Shown here one piece after another: positions 38,724-48,611 of a DNA stretch of 64,000 nucleotides. The stretch is from the sequence record SRR2962707_2549, one strand, 5' to 3'. Both the position numbers and the translations under genes were made by a program. The notes beneath the pieces are model-generated. The model made no database searches, was not told where the DNA came from, and saw only the letters and a program-made list of their open reading frames with translations. The number at the start of each line of letters is the position of its first letter. Position 1 is the first letter of the stretch.

Positions 38724-39634
38724 GTTGTATGGCTGTTTGCCTGAAGTGAATTAAGCAGTGTCTGCTTTGATGTTGCCAGATGGTTTCGCGCCGCAGTTTC
38801 AGCTTGTTCTATATCTCGGCTACGCAGCGCCCTAATATAGGTCAAATGTTCCTTGATGGCGCTTTCGTTGCGCATGCGTTCATCTGTTTTATTCCATTGG
38901 AAATGATAGTGGAATATAAGCGAGATTACCTTTTGAAATTCTTTGATAAAACGGTTTGAGACAACGCTGTTTACCGCCTCATGAAAAGTCTCATCAAGGT
39001 GTGAAAAATCATGGTAGTCGCTATCAATTCTTCCAAGAAGGCCTAAATGCTCCTTTTCCAACATCTCCAACCGCGCCCATATTTCATGGCTTTGCGGTAA
39101 GGTAACAAGTTGGCGCACCGAGTTAAGTTCCAAAACAGTTCTAAAATCGGAAAGTTCAACGGCGTAGTCTGCTGTGAACCCATGCAGAACCCATCCCCCG
39201 CGCGGCCGCCGAACGACGATGCCAAAGCGGCTAAGCGCTGAGAAAAACTCCTGCAGCGTATGCGGTGCGACTGAAAAATATTTTGCGAGCTGGGCGACGT
39301 TAAGCACGGTTCCTTGCGGCACATCCATCCGCAGCACCCAATCTAAAAACCGACTTTCGAGTTCTTCAATAGTAAGTAGTGCTGCGGGTAATTCCATAAG
39401 GTCTGATTGTTTGGAGCGGCGTTTAATTGTTTTATCGCGTCCATCTAAAACGATGATGGCTTGCTCATCTAGCTTGGTCAAAACGCTGCGAATGACTGTC
39501 CGGCTGACGCCTAATTGCGATGCCAAAACATTCTCAGAGGGTAAAGCTTGGCCGATGTCCATGCTATCGCAAAGCGCCAACATTTGTTTGTGTGCAAGGA
39601 CAAATCGCTCATTTGTGCGGGCCATAATTTCCAA
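38720..39634 (-). CDS. GntR-family regulator with tandem HTH + FCD (LgoR/YjjM-like)
   Basis: LPSE..LA..LGVSRTVIR, a second HTH, and an FCD domain with D..FH and EH. Confidence 0.85.
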   Translation of the reverse strand: MEIMARTNERFVLAHKQMLALCDSMDIGQALPSENVLASQLGVSRTVIRSVLTKLDEQAIIVLDGRDKTIKRRSKQSDLMELPAALLTIEELESRFLDWVLRMDVPQGTVLNVAQLAKYFSVAPHTLQEFFSALSRFGIVVRRPRGGWVLHGFTADYAVELSDFRTVLELNSVRQLVTLPQSHEIWARLEMLEKEHLGLLGRIDSDYHDFSHLDETFHEAVNSVVSNRFIKEFQKVISLIFHYHFQWNKTDERMRNESAIKEHLTYIRALRSRDIEQAETAARNHLATSKQTLLNSLQANSHTT

Positions 39635-39676
39635 TCTCCCATCGCCTTAAGGAGAATCACTATAGCTGTTTTTTGC

Positions 39677-39702
39677 AATTGTTCAAAAAAATTAAAAACA
39701 TT
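39677..39702. promoter_or_regulatory. Candidate GntR operator 2
   Basis: AATTGTTCAAAAAAATTAAAAACATT in the regulator/ABC divergent promoter. Confidence 0.55.
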
Positions 39703-39773
39703 TGACGCGATCTTTTTACGACTATACAGTTTATTATTATTAAAAGCAGAAGTTGACTCTGGGAGGAGTGGTT

Positions 39774-40793
39774 TTGTCAGAAGTGCAGGCAAGTTCAGGT
39801 TCGAAGGCATGGGGCTTACCGTCAGGTTCAACGCTGCATAAGCTCTCTGCGCTTTTTACTTTGATTTTGCTGATTTTCGCATTTTCATTCACCAGCCCTG
39901 CGTTTCTTTCAGTCAATAACGGGCTGACGGTATTGCTGCAGACCTCCGTCATTGGGCTACTGGCCATCGGCATGACAATGGTCATCATTACTGGCGGCAT
40001 TGATCTAAGTGTCGGTTCAGTGTTGGCCTTGTCGGGCGTTGTGGCCGGCCTCTTAATCAAAGCGGGATTGCCCATAGTACCAGCGATGGGCGTGGGTATT
40101 TTCGCAGGTGGTGTGTGTGGGTTTGTTAATGGTCTGGTGATCACGAAAATGCGCATTACGCCTTTTGTTGCGACGCTCGGCATGATGATGATTGCGCGCG
40201 GTATTGCGCTGCAATTGACCGGCGCTGCACCAATCAGCCGTCTAGGCGAAAGCTTTGGCGAGCTTGGTAATGGATCGCTTTTCCGCCTTGTTGAGATGCA
40301 GCCAAATGGATTTCCCAAGGTAATTTTCCCAGGCATTCCTTATCCAGCAATTCTTTTGCTGATTATGGCCGTGCTTGGCGCTTATGTGCTGCAACGTCGC
40401 CAAATTGGACGGCATATATTTTCGGTCGGCTCAAACGAAGAAGCGGCGCGCCTGTCTGGTGTCAATGTGGCGCGTACTCGGATTTGGGCATACACGGCAT
40501 CGGGCGCGTTGGCAGGTCTGTCCGGAATGGTTCTCATGTCTCGTATTATCACAGTGCAACCCAACGAGGGTGTGATGTACGAGCTTGATGCGATTGCTGC
40601 GTCGGTAATTGGTGGCGCATCTTTAATGGGCGGCGTTGGCAGTATTTCAGGCAGCATGATCGGTGCCTTTATCATCGGCATTCTGCGCAACGGCCTCAAT
40701 ATGGCAGGAACGTCTGCCTTCATTCAACAAATCATCATCGGAGTCGTCGTGATTGGTGCTGTCTTTATCGACCAAATGCGAAACCGAAATTGA
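39774..40793 (+). CDS. Sugar ABC permease
   Basis: GGIDLSVGS and YELDAIAASVIGG; TTG start after GGGAGGAG (start uncertain). Confidence 0.9.
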   Translation: MSEVQASSGSKAWGLPSGSTLHKLSALFTLILLIFAFSFTSPAFLSVNNGLTVLLQTSVIGLLAIGMTMVIITGGIDLSVGSVLALSGVVAGLLIKAGLPIVPAMGVGIFAGGVCGFVNGLVITKMRITPFVATLGMMMIARGIALQLTGAAPISRLGESFGELGNGSLFRLVEMQPNGFPKVIFPGIPYPAILLLIMAVLGAYVLQRRQIGRHIFSVGSNEEAARLSGVNVARTRIWAYTASGALAGLSGMVLMSRIITVQPNEGVMYELDAIAASVIGGASLMGGVGSISGSMIGAFIIGILRNGLNMAGTSAFIQQIIIGVVVIGAVFIDQMRNRN

Positions 40794-40833
40794 TCAACTG
40801 TTTTAACGAGAGTCTTCATCCAGGGAGGAAATT

Positions 40834-41775
40834 ATGAAGAAAATACTGAAAACTATGCTTGCAACAAGTGTCTTGGCACTGACTGTATCGTCCGCATCTG
40901 CGGGTGAGATTGCGGTTATTGTTAAAAACACAAACTCTAACTTTTGGCAAAATGTGAACAAAGGCGCTTCGGCTGCAATCGAAGCGCAAAGTGAACACAC
41001 GATGACATTTTCGGGCGCATCTTCTGATGTGGCGATTTCTGAGCAGGTTAGCTTGGTTGAAAATGCGATTAACCGCGGCGTAGCCGGTATCGTGTTGGCT
41101 CCATCTGATCCAGAAGCATTGGCTCCGATCGTAAAGCGTGCTTTTGAATCTGGCATTCCAGTTGCGATTATCGACTCTGCGCTTTCAGATGACGCCAAGC
41201 AATATTATCAGGCGTTCCTATCAACGGATAACTGTACAGCGGGCAAACTTTCAGCGGAGATGATGATTGATGCTGCGGGCAAAGAAGGCAAAGTCGCCGT
41301 CATGTCCTACACCGCTGGTTCAGGTTCAGAGATTGGCCGCGTGGGCTGCTTTATTGAATATCTGAAAGACAACTCAAGCCTTGAGGTTGTTGGACCTTAT
41401 TATTCGCAATCACTAATGGCGACTGCTTTGAACCAGACAACAGATGTGCTTGCTGCAAACCCAGACTTGGTTGGCATCTTTGGCGCGAACGAACCAACAG
41501 CTGTTGGCATGGGTCGCGCAATTGAACAAGCAGGCAAAGCTAAGCAACTCGTAGCACTTGGCTTTGACGGCAACACAGATCTGCAAGACATGGTCAAAAG
41601 CGGCACTTTGCTTGCGACTGCCGTGCAGGGGTCATTCCAGATGGGTGAGCTTGGCGTCAATGCGATCATCGATTTGGTTTCGGGCAAAAAAGTCACCGAT
41701 TTCATCGATACAGGTGTTGTTATGGTGACCAAAGAGAACATCGATTCTCCTGAGGCACAAAACGTACTTTACTGA
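40834..41775 (+). CDS. Sugar ABC substrate-binding protein
   Basis: Signal peptide, NFWQ, STDN and GFDG. Confidence 0.92.
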   Translation: MKKILKTMLATSVLALTVSSASAGEIAVIVKNTNSNFWQNVNKGASAAIEAQSEHTMTFSGASSDVAISEQVSLVENAINRGVAGIVLAPSDPEALAPIVKRAFESGIPVAIIDSALSDDAKQYYQAFLSTDNCTAGKLSAEMMIDAAGKEGKVAVMSYTAGSGSEIGRVGCFIEYLKDNSSLEVVGPYYSQSLMATALNQTTDVLAANPDLVGIFGANEPTAVGMGRAIEQAGKAKQLVALGFDGNTDLQDMVKSGTLLATAVQGSFQMGELGVNAIIDLVSGKKVTDFIDTGVVMVTKENIDSPEAQNVLY

Positions 41776-41784
41776 TTATGCAAA

Positions 41785-41810
41785 GGTCGGCGCGCATAGG
41801 CGCGCCGACC
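41785..41810 (+). terminator. Intercistronic hairpin after the SBP gene
   Basis: GGTCGGCGCGC-ATAG-GCGCGCCGACC, 11-bp stem. Confidence 0.6.
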
Positions 41811-41824
41811 GACTCATCCTATAA

Positions 41825-42625
41825 GTGGCGAATTCTATTATGCTAAATTCAGCAATACAAAAGACCCCGCTCGTTGAGATGCAGCACGTCCATAAGCGCT
41901 TTGGAGGCATACACGCGGTCGAAGACGTTAGCGTCAGTCTGCATGCAGGCGAAGTCGTGGGTGTTTTGGGCCACAATGGTGCCGGTAAATCTTGTCTTAT
42001 GCGCATATTGTCGGGCGCAATGAACCCGAGCGAAGGAAAAATTCTGATCAATGGTCAAGAGACCGTGATCGACTCGCCTCAAGATGCGCGCCAAAACGGC
42101 ATTGAAACGATCTATCAGACACTGGCCCTAGCCAATCATTTGGATGCGGCAGCAAACCTATTTCTTGGCCGTGAATTAAAAACACGTTTTGGCAATCTTG
42201 ATGATGCGCGGATGTTCTCCGAGGCCCAAAATGCATTGCGTCAACTTAATCCAAATTTCAGTAATCTGCGCGATGCGGTGTCCAATCTCTCAGGCGGCCA
42301 GCGCCAAGTAATCGCGATTGCACGCGCCATATATTTTCAAGCCAAAGTGCTCATTATGGATGAGCCGACAGCTGCACTTGGCCCGTCAGAAACAGCGATG
42401 GTTGCGGATTTAACGCGCCGTCTCAAAGCTGAAGGTATCGGTATTTTTCTCATCAGTCATGACATGCACGATGTGTTTGATCTGTGTGACAGGGTCATGG
42501 TGATGAACAAAGGCCGCAATGTAGGCAGCTTTGCTATTGAAGACGTCAACAAGGAGGACATCTTGAGTCTGATTATCAAGGGTGCTTTGCCCGACGACTG
42601 GACCCCGAGAGGCCAAGATCAATGA
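41825..42625 (+). CDS. Single-domain sugar ABC ATPase
   Basis: GHNGAGKS, LSGGQRQ and DEPTAALG. Confidence 0.92.
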   Translation: MANSIMLNSAIQKTPLVEMQHVHKRFGGIHAVEDVSVSLHAGEVVGVLGHNGAGKSCLMRILSGAMNPSEGKILINGQETVIDSPQDARQNGIETIYQTLALANHLDAAANLFLGRELKTRFGNLDDARMFSEAQNALRQLNPNFSNLRDAVSNLSGGQRQVIAIARAIYFQAKVLIMDEPTAALGPSETAMVADLTRRLKAEGIGIFLISHDMHDVFDLCDRVMVMNKGRNVGSFAIEDVNKEDILSLIIKGALPDDWTPRGQDQ

Positions 42626-43638
42626 CCGAGCAAATGATGCAAGTCGGTGTGGTTGTCGAGCCTGGTACATTCGCCATCCAAGAGCGCCCTTACGTGTCTA
42701 ATGTGCCTGAAAATTGGGTGCTCATTGATATATGCGCCGCGGGTATTTGCGGCACGGACTACCACATTTTAGAAGGCAAACATCCATATCTGGCTTATCC
42801 GCGCATTATCGGTCATGAGCTTAGCGGGCGTGTCGTGCGCGATGGCAATGGGTGGAAAGCAGGCGAGCTTGTTGTCGTTAATCCTTATTTGTCTTGCGGC
42901 TCTTGCCGTGCGTGCAAGCGTGGCAAACCCAATTGCTGTTATGAAATTGAAGTGCTTGGCGTTCACCGCGACGGTGGGCTTACTAAACAACTCGCAGTGC
43001 CATCTGAAAATCTTTATTCTGCCGAAGGGCTTACGCCGATACAGGCCGCAATGGTCGAGTTTTTGGCAATTGGCGCCCATGCGGTTCGCCGGTCGGAGGT
43101 AGAGGCCGGTGACAATGTTCTGGTGACCGGCGTTGGACCCATAGGTATTGGCGCAGCCCTCTTCGCGCGTTTAAAGGGTGCTGATGTATCCTTGCTTGAT
43201 CTTAGTCCAGCGCGCCTTGCAGCTGCTTCTGAAAAGTTTGGTTTCAAAAATGGATATGACAGTGTCGATAGCGCTTTGGAAAAAACCGGCGGCGAAGGTT
43301 ATGACGTTGTTTTTGACGCGACCGGTCACAGTGTGGCGATTGAAACGGGTTTTAAAGCCGTTGCCCATGGTGGGTCTTATGTTTTGGTCAGCGTCGTGAA
43401 AGAAAACATCACTTTTCATGATCCTGAATTCCACAAGAGAGAAATGCGGCTGATTGGTAGCCGCAACGCGCTTAGGGAAGATTTCGACTGGGTAATGAGC
43501 GCATTTAGGGAAAACTTGATCGACGCTGATCTGCTTTGTTCCAGTATTTTATCACTTGAGGAATTAGAGGGGCAATTCAGTGATCTAGCCGCTGACCGTG
43601 CAGACCTGATAAAAGTGATCGTCAAGCTTGAGGACTGA
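42622..43638 (+). CDS. Zn-dependent dehydrogenase (L-galactonate 5-dehydrogenase LgoD/YjjN-like)
   Basis: GICGTD.H, GHE, four-Cys cluster, FHDPEFHKRE and GSRNA. Confidence 0.85.
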   Translation: MTEQMMQVGVVVEPGTFAIQERPYVSNVPENWVLIDICAAGICGTDYHILEGKHPYLAYPRIIGHELSGRVVRDGNGWKAGELVVVNPYLSCGSCRACKRGKPNCCYEIEVLGVHRDGGLTKQLAVPSENLYSAEGLTPIQAAMVEFLAIGAHAVRRSEVEAGDNVLVTGVGPIGIGAALFARLKGADVSLLDLSPARLAAASEKFGFKNGYDSVDSALEKTGGEGYDVVFDATGHSVAIETGFKAVAHGGSYVLVSVVKENITFHDPEFHKREMRLIGSRNALREDFDWVMSAFRENLIDADLLCSSILSLEELEGQFSDLAADRADLIKVIVKLED

Positions 43639-43639
43639 T

Positions 43640-45139
43640 ATGCAGGCGTCAAACATACTAAAGCTTCACGATGCCGATAATGTAGCAATCGCGCTTGCAC
43701 CGCTAAAAGCTGGTGAAGGTATTGCGCGCGAAGCCATTCCCAAATCGCACAAAGTCGCTCTTGTCGACATTCCTGCGGGAAGCAGCGTGTTACGCTACGG
43801 CCAGATTATAGGTAAGGCGACGATTTCAATTTCTGCCGGTTCCCATGTGCACGAACACAATATGGAAATGAGCGGTCACCAAGTTGAATACGCCTTTGCA
43901 TCTGCTGTTCAGCCGTTGCCAGCGCCGACAAGTGAGAGAACTTTTCAAGGTTATCACCGCGATAATGGAAGTGTCGGCACACGCAATTATTTAGGCGTTT
44001 TGACCTCGGTTAACTGTTCAGGCTCTGTGGCGCGGTTCATTGTGGAGGCCGCCGAAAAGTCTGGTCTTCTCGACGCGTTCCCCAATGTTGATGGTATTGT
44101 TCCGATTGTTCATGGTAGTGGCTGCGGTATGGCAAATCGCGGCGAAGGCTATGATATTTTGCTGCGCACATTGGCCGGATATTCAAGGCATCCAAATTTC
44201 GGCGGCATTTTGCTTGTCGGTCTTGGCTGTGAAGTTTTAGAGCTTGCCACGCTGGTCGGTGGCCGCAAAATTTCTGCCGATGGTCCGATGCGATACATGA
44301 CCATTCAACAGATGGGCGGTACGCAGCGCACGATCGAAAAAGGCCTTGAGGAACTGACCTCGCTTGCAGCCTTTGCAAATAAAGCGCCACGCGCGCCCGC
44401 ACCAATTTCCAAATTAATGTTGGGTATGCAGTGTGGCGGCTCGGATGGCTATTCCGGCTTTACTGCTAATCCGGCCCTTGGCGTTGCATCTGACCTTTTG
44501 GTGGCACATGGTGGCACGTCCATCCTATCAGAAACATCAGAGATTTATGGTGCCGAACATCTTTTGACACGCCGAGCGGTGACACAAGAAGTTGGTCAGG
44601 CACTGGTCGATAAGCTGACTTGGTGGGAAGACTATTGCGCGCGTCACGGGGTCAAAATGGACAACAACCCAAGCCCTGGTAATAAGCGCGGCGGCTTAAC
44701 GACAATTCTTGAAAAATCGTTAGGCGCTGTCTCAAAAAGCGGCCAAGCGCCGCTTTCGGGTGTATTTGATTACGCCGAACCGATCACAACTGAAGGCTTT
44801 GTGTTTATGGATAGTCCTGGCTACGATCCATGCTCAGTGACAGGGCAGGTGGCATCTGGCGCAAATCTTATTGCATTCACCACAGGGCGAGGGTCTGTTT
44901 CTGGCTATATGCCAACGCCATGCATAAAGCTCGCCTCGAACTCAGATATGTATGAGCGCATGAGCGGAGATATGGATATTAATTGCGGCGATATCGTTGA
45001 AGGGTGTTCGTTAGCAGATAAGGGCGCTGAGATTTTTGAGATTTTGATTGATGTTGCCAGCGGCACCAAAACCAAGAGCGAGCTGCTCGGCTTTGGCGGT
45101 GTTGAGTTTGTGCCTTGGCAAATTGGCGCTGTGCTCTAG
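43640..45139 (+). CDS. uxaA: UxaA-family altronate dehydratase
   Basis: SAF domain (DNVAIAL), GTRN, GLGCE, CGGSD and NPSPGNK.GGL. Confidence 0.85.
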   Translation: MQASNILKLHDADNVAIALAPLKAGEGIAREAIPKSHKVALVDIPAGSSVLRYGQIIGKATISISAGSHVHEHNMEMSGHQVEYAFASAVQPLPAPTSERTFQGYHRDNGSVGTRNYLGVLTSVNCSGSVARFIVEAAEKSGLLDAFPNVDGIVPIVHGSGCGMANRGEGYDILLRTLAGYSRHPNFGGILLVGLGCEVLELATLVGGRKISADGPMRYMTIQQMGGTQRTIEKGLEELTSLAAFANKAPRAPAPISKLMLGMQCGGSDGYSGFTANPALGVASDLLVAHGGTSILSETSEIYGAEHLLTRRAVTQEVGQALVDKLTWWEDYCARHGVKMDNNPSPGNKRGGLTTILEKSLGAVSKSGQAPLSGVFDYAEPITTEGFVFMDSPGYDPCSVTGQVASGANLIAFTTGRGSVSGYMPTPCIKLASNSDMYERMSGDMDINCGDIVEGCSLADKGAEIFEILIDVASGTKTKSELLGFGGVEFVPWQIGAVL

Positions 45140-45164
45140 GCTGAGGTCACGTGCTCTTATAATC

Positions 45165-45416
45165 TTAAAGGGTAGCAGCGCCCTTTTCATCGGGATCCGA
45201 GGCATCAACACCTAATTGCTGCAGTGCCAATTCAACCTCGCGTAAATTGTTTTCCTCAGCATTGTCTTCGCCAATCACTCCGCCTTCTGTAACGGCGCGT
45301 TGTTCAGCGCGAGCCAATTGATACATTGACAACAATTGGGATATTTTATCGTCTTTTGTTTTGTTGCCATCATTGATGACTGAGCTGATTTCATTTTTGA
45401 AATTTTTGTTGTTCAT
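45165..45416 (-). CDS. Hypothetical protein (83 aa) downstream of dps
   Basis: ATG at 45416 after GAAGG; helical, acidic protein; no family recognised. Confidence 0.6.
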   Translation of the reverse strand: MNNKNFKNEISSVINDGNKTKDDKISQLLSMYQLARAEQRAVTEGGVIGEDNAEENNLREVELALQQLGVDASDPDEKGAATL

Positions 45417-45499
45417 GTCGAATACGCCTTCACGAAAGTGGGCGATGTGAAGGATCGGTGTCCAGCACATCGCCCGTTGTTGTGGGATCGGCAGTAGGT

Positions 45500-46012
45500 T
45501 TATTCCGCGACTATTGCCCTTAGCATCCAAAGCGCTTTCTCATGGAACGTTAGGCGTGCGGTCAACATATCTTCTGTGACGATATCATCTGCATCGCCTG
45601 CCTTACTGGCAGCTTCACGCATGTCACGCACAGCCGCTTCATGATCAGCGATCAGATCTTCGATCATTTCAACGGCGCTGGTGTGTTTAACTTCGTTAGC
45701 CGCGGGCGCAAATTTAGCCGCCTGGCCCATATCAACAGGGGCGAGATGACCAAGCGCACGGATACGTTCAGCAATGATGTCGGTTGCTCCGAAAAGCGCA
45801 TTGTAATGCTCCTCAGTCAATTCGTGCAGCGGCTTGAACAATGGACCGACCACATTCCAATGATAGAGATGGCTCTTGATCGTAAGCTTATAGGTCGAAG
45901 CCAGAATGGTTGATAAAGAGGCTGAAATTTCTGAGCGATATTTTCCTGTAAGGCCAATATCGAAATTCTCATCTTTTGTTTTGGGCTTAAGTACCGATGA
46001 AACATTTGTCAT
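45500..46012 (-). CDS. dps: Dps DNA-protection ferritin-like protein
   Basis: K.H.YHWNVVGP.F..LH, D.IAERIRALG and HEKALWML. Confidence 0.94.
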   Translation of the reverse strand: MTNVSSVLKPKTKDENFDIGLTGKYRSEISASLSTILASTYKLTIKSHLYHWNVVGPLFKPLHELTEEHYNALFGATDIIAERIRALGHLAPVDMGQAAKFAPAANEVKHTSAVEMIEDLIADHEAAVRDMREAASKAGDADDIVTEDMLTARLTFHEKALWMLRAIVAE

Positions 46013-46086
46013 GGGTTAAACTCCATTTCTTTAATGAACGAATATTTGCGTCTTCGTGGTGGTGACCACTATTTTGATATGGTGGA

Positions 46087-46506
46087 CTAAGCGTCATCCT
46101 CACCATCATCGAACGCTCGCAATGCGAGATATCCAACGCCGCCAGCCGCAGCCAGCATCATTAGCGTTTTTGCACTTGGGGCTTGGCGTAGCACCGCAAA
46201 TGCGGCCGAAGTAGCGAGCATTCTCTTTGCGTTATTTCGCCGACGTTCACGCCGGTTTGTTATCATTATCGTCGCAAAAAGAGCCAAAGACACAGCAAGG
46301 GTGAGGGCGGCTATAATAAATGCCGCACCCATTGGTGACACCACGCTTGCTAAGTAAATGCCTCCGCCCACAAGGGCGGAAACAAGTGATATAAACGCAA
46401 GGACACTTGCAATGAGATACACAATCGCATTGCGTTTTGTTCGCCTGATGAACATGGGAACTCCTCGCTTAGCATAGAGTGTCAGCGTGTTTACTAGTCC
46501 CAGCAC
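46087..46506 (-). CDS. Membrane protein (YqjE/holin-like partner of DUF883)
   Basis: Two to three TM helices directly after the DUF883 gene; alternative ATG at 46455. Confidence 0.65.
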   Translation of the reverse strand: MLGLVNTLTLYAKRGVPMFIRRTKRNAIVYLIASVLAFISLVSALVGGGIYLASVVSPMGAAFIIAALTLAVSLALFATIMITNRRERRRNNAKRMLATSAAFAVLRQAPSAKTLMMLAAAGGVGYLALRAFDDGEDDA

Positions 46507-46510
46507 CGGA

Positions 46511-46834
46511 TTAACGGCGCGTCATGTATGCGAGAAGGAAGCCGATGCCTGCGGCAATGCCAACAGCCTGAAGCGGCTTATTACGCACGCGATCTTCCAT
46601 ATCTTTTTCAAGCGACTGTACTTCTTGCTTAACGCTGTCGAATGCGCCGTGCGATGCTTCAGCAAGTTTCAGACCGGCCTTTTCAGCTTTCTCAGCGTAT
46701 TGGCTAGCCTTGTTTGCACCGACCGAGGCAATCGTCTTATTCAAATTTGCAATGTCCTCGCGGAGTTGGGCAATTTGCGCTTCCACATCTGAAGCGTCTT
46801 TAGAATTTATATTTTTTGTTGCTGCAGTAGCCAT
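46511..46834 (-). CDS. DUF883 (ElaB/YqjD) family protein
   Basis: Coiled-coil followed by VRNKPLQAVGIAAGIGFLL..RR anchor. Confidence 0.9.
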   Translation of the reverse strand: MATAATKNINSKDASDVEAQIAQLREDIANLNKTIASVGANKASQYAEKAEKAGLKLAEASHGAFDSVKQEVQSLEKDMEDRVRNKPLQAVGIAAGIGFLLAYMTRR

Positions 46835-46860
46835 AGTTTTCTCCTTTTCTATACAGCTAC

Positions 46861-46885
46861 AACGTGCGGGTCCGTTAAACGTTCC
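46861..46885 (-). promoter_or_regulatory. EcfG promoter of the DUF883 gene (possibly the DUF883-dps operon)
   Basis: GGAAC-N16-CGTT on the minus strand. Confidence 0.85.
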
Positions 46886-46952
46886 AATCTTTTTTGGATA
46901 TTTTTGAGAGTGTTCGCGAAATGGTGCGGGTCTAGCAATTAATCGAAAGCTT

Positions 46953-48611
46953 CTATTCGGCGGAATTAGTTTCCACGATGGCTTCGACAGGCACCGTCAG
47001 CGACCAGATCAATCCAGTTTCTTCGTAGTTAAGTTCACTTAATCCACCAAGCGCGGATGCAGCGAACCGCTCTAAAATCTGTGTTCCAAAACCACTGTCG
47101 CTTGGCATTTCTACCTTTTGTCCACTTAGCTCCTGCCAAACGAGTTTAAGTTTGGGCCCAGAATCTGAAGCTGTAATTTCCCAAGAAACATGAACACGCC
47201 CAGCCGAAGTTTTTAAGCTGCCATACTTTACGGCGTTGGTTGCGAGTTCATGAATAGCCATGCCAAGATGCTGAACAGCTTCGGCTCTCAGTTTAAGTTC
47301 GGGGCCTGATAAAATTACGTTCTGGCCTATGGTTCCATAATTGAAGAGTTGTTTGGCCAATAGGTCATTCAGTAGCACGCCGCCCCATTTCTGGCTGGTC
47401 AGCAAGTCGATCGAAAAACTCAATCCCATGATCCGGTCGGTTAGCAATTTTGTCATTGCTTCAGTTGAGGAGGCATGGCGAGATGTCTGCCTTACCATTG
47501 AGATCACGACAGCGATGAGGTTCTTTGTTCGGTGCGCCAACTCATGGCTTACCATTGTGATCGTAGTTTCATGTTGACTTCTATCAAATGAAGCGTCTGA
47601 AAGCGCCTTTGCAACAACGTCAATTTCTGAAATACGCGAATTGATGGGCGACACAATTTCACCAGCCCCAAGCTGCCTTGCCATGCGTGCAATTGCTCGG
47701 ATTGTTTTACCCAAATAGTCAGAGAAAATATAAAGAAATGCGATTGAAACTATCGCAAAAAACAAGCTGCCGAAAATGACAATGCGCCACGTTTCGTAAA
47801 CGGATTGCTGGGCAGTTGATACTGGCCCATTGATAAAAACCTTCCAACCAGAGTTACCGACCACAGTTGAGGCAGAGATTATACCGTCTTGCTTGTTTAG
47901 GTTCTTTGCGGGATTGGCATTTAAAAATCGGTTCAGTTCCATGACGTCGAGATTTTGAACCGGATCTCCAGATACGTGTCTCGACCGATCTGAAGACGCA
48001 ACAACGCGGCCGGTACTATCAACCACCAAGGCGAGCCATTCTTCGGGCAGAGAAATATTGTCGAAAGTGCTTCCGATATCTTCAGCATTTTTAGTCGTTA
48101 TGGCTATACGAGCAGGCGAAGCGTAGTTCTGGGGCAGCAGCTTAACGACATTAAATACCCACTCATCGCTTGTTTTGCCTTTAAACACGCCAGAAACATG
48201 AACGGATTTCGACGTCAGATCGGCATTTAATCCACTTTGGTCTGATGTTCTGCCCAGCACTGTTCCATAGGGTACGCGCGTATTGAGCAATTGCTGGCCG
48301 TCTTGTGTCGTCAGAATAACAAAGCTTCCGCTGCCCTCCAGCGCAAACTGCGTTTTCCTATGAAAGCCTTGAAGATCGCCTTCGGCTAACTCTTGAGAGG
48401 ACGAAACCAAGTTTAATGTAATCGACATATTTTCAATAATTGATTCAACACTTTGCGCAACAATATCTGCAGTGCGCAACGTGCGCTGCTCTAGCGCTGC
48501 ATCCTCTGTTTTCTTCAACTGCCCGACTAGGAATAGGAGGAAGATAAGAAGTGGAACAAAGGTCGCGATAAGAAGCGCTGCAAGCCATAACGAAATTGAA
48601 AATCGTCTCAT
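46953..48611 (-). CDS. Membrane HWE histidine kinase with periplasmic Cache-like domain
   Basis: Two TM segments; ELAHRTKN, HELATNAVKYG, WQE and GFG. Confidence 0.9.
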   Translation of the reverse strand: MRRFSISLWLAALLIATFVPLLIFLLFLVGQLKKTEDAALEQRTLRTADIVAQSVESIIENMSITLNLVSSSQELAEGDLQGFHRKTQFALEGSGSFVILTTQDGQQLLNTRVPYGTVLGRTSDQSGLNADLTSKSVHVSGVFKGKTSDEWVFNVVKLLPQNYASPARIAITTKNAEDIGSTFDNISLPEEWLALVVDSTGRVVASSDRSRHVSGDPVQNLDVMELNRFLNANPAKNLNKQDGIISASTVVGNSGWKVFINGPVSTAQQSVYETWRIVIFGSLFFAIVSIAFLYIFSDYLGKTIRAIARMARQLGAGEIVSPINSRISEIDVVAKALSDASFDRSQHETTITMVSHELAHRTKNLIAVVISMVRQTSRHASSTEAMTKLLTDRIMGLSFSIDLLTSQKWGGVLLNDLLAKQLFNYGTIGQNVILSGPELKLRAEAVQHLGMAIHELATNAVKYGSLKTSAGRVHVSWEITASDSGPKLKLVWQELSGQKVEMPSDSGFGTQILERFAASALGGLSELNYEETGLIWSLTVPVEAIVETNSAE

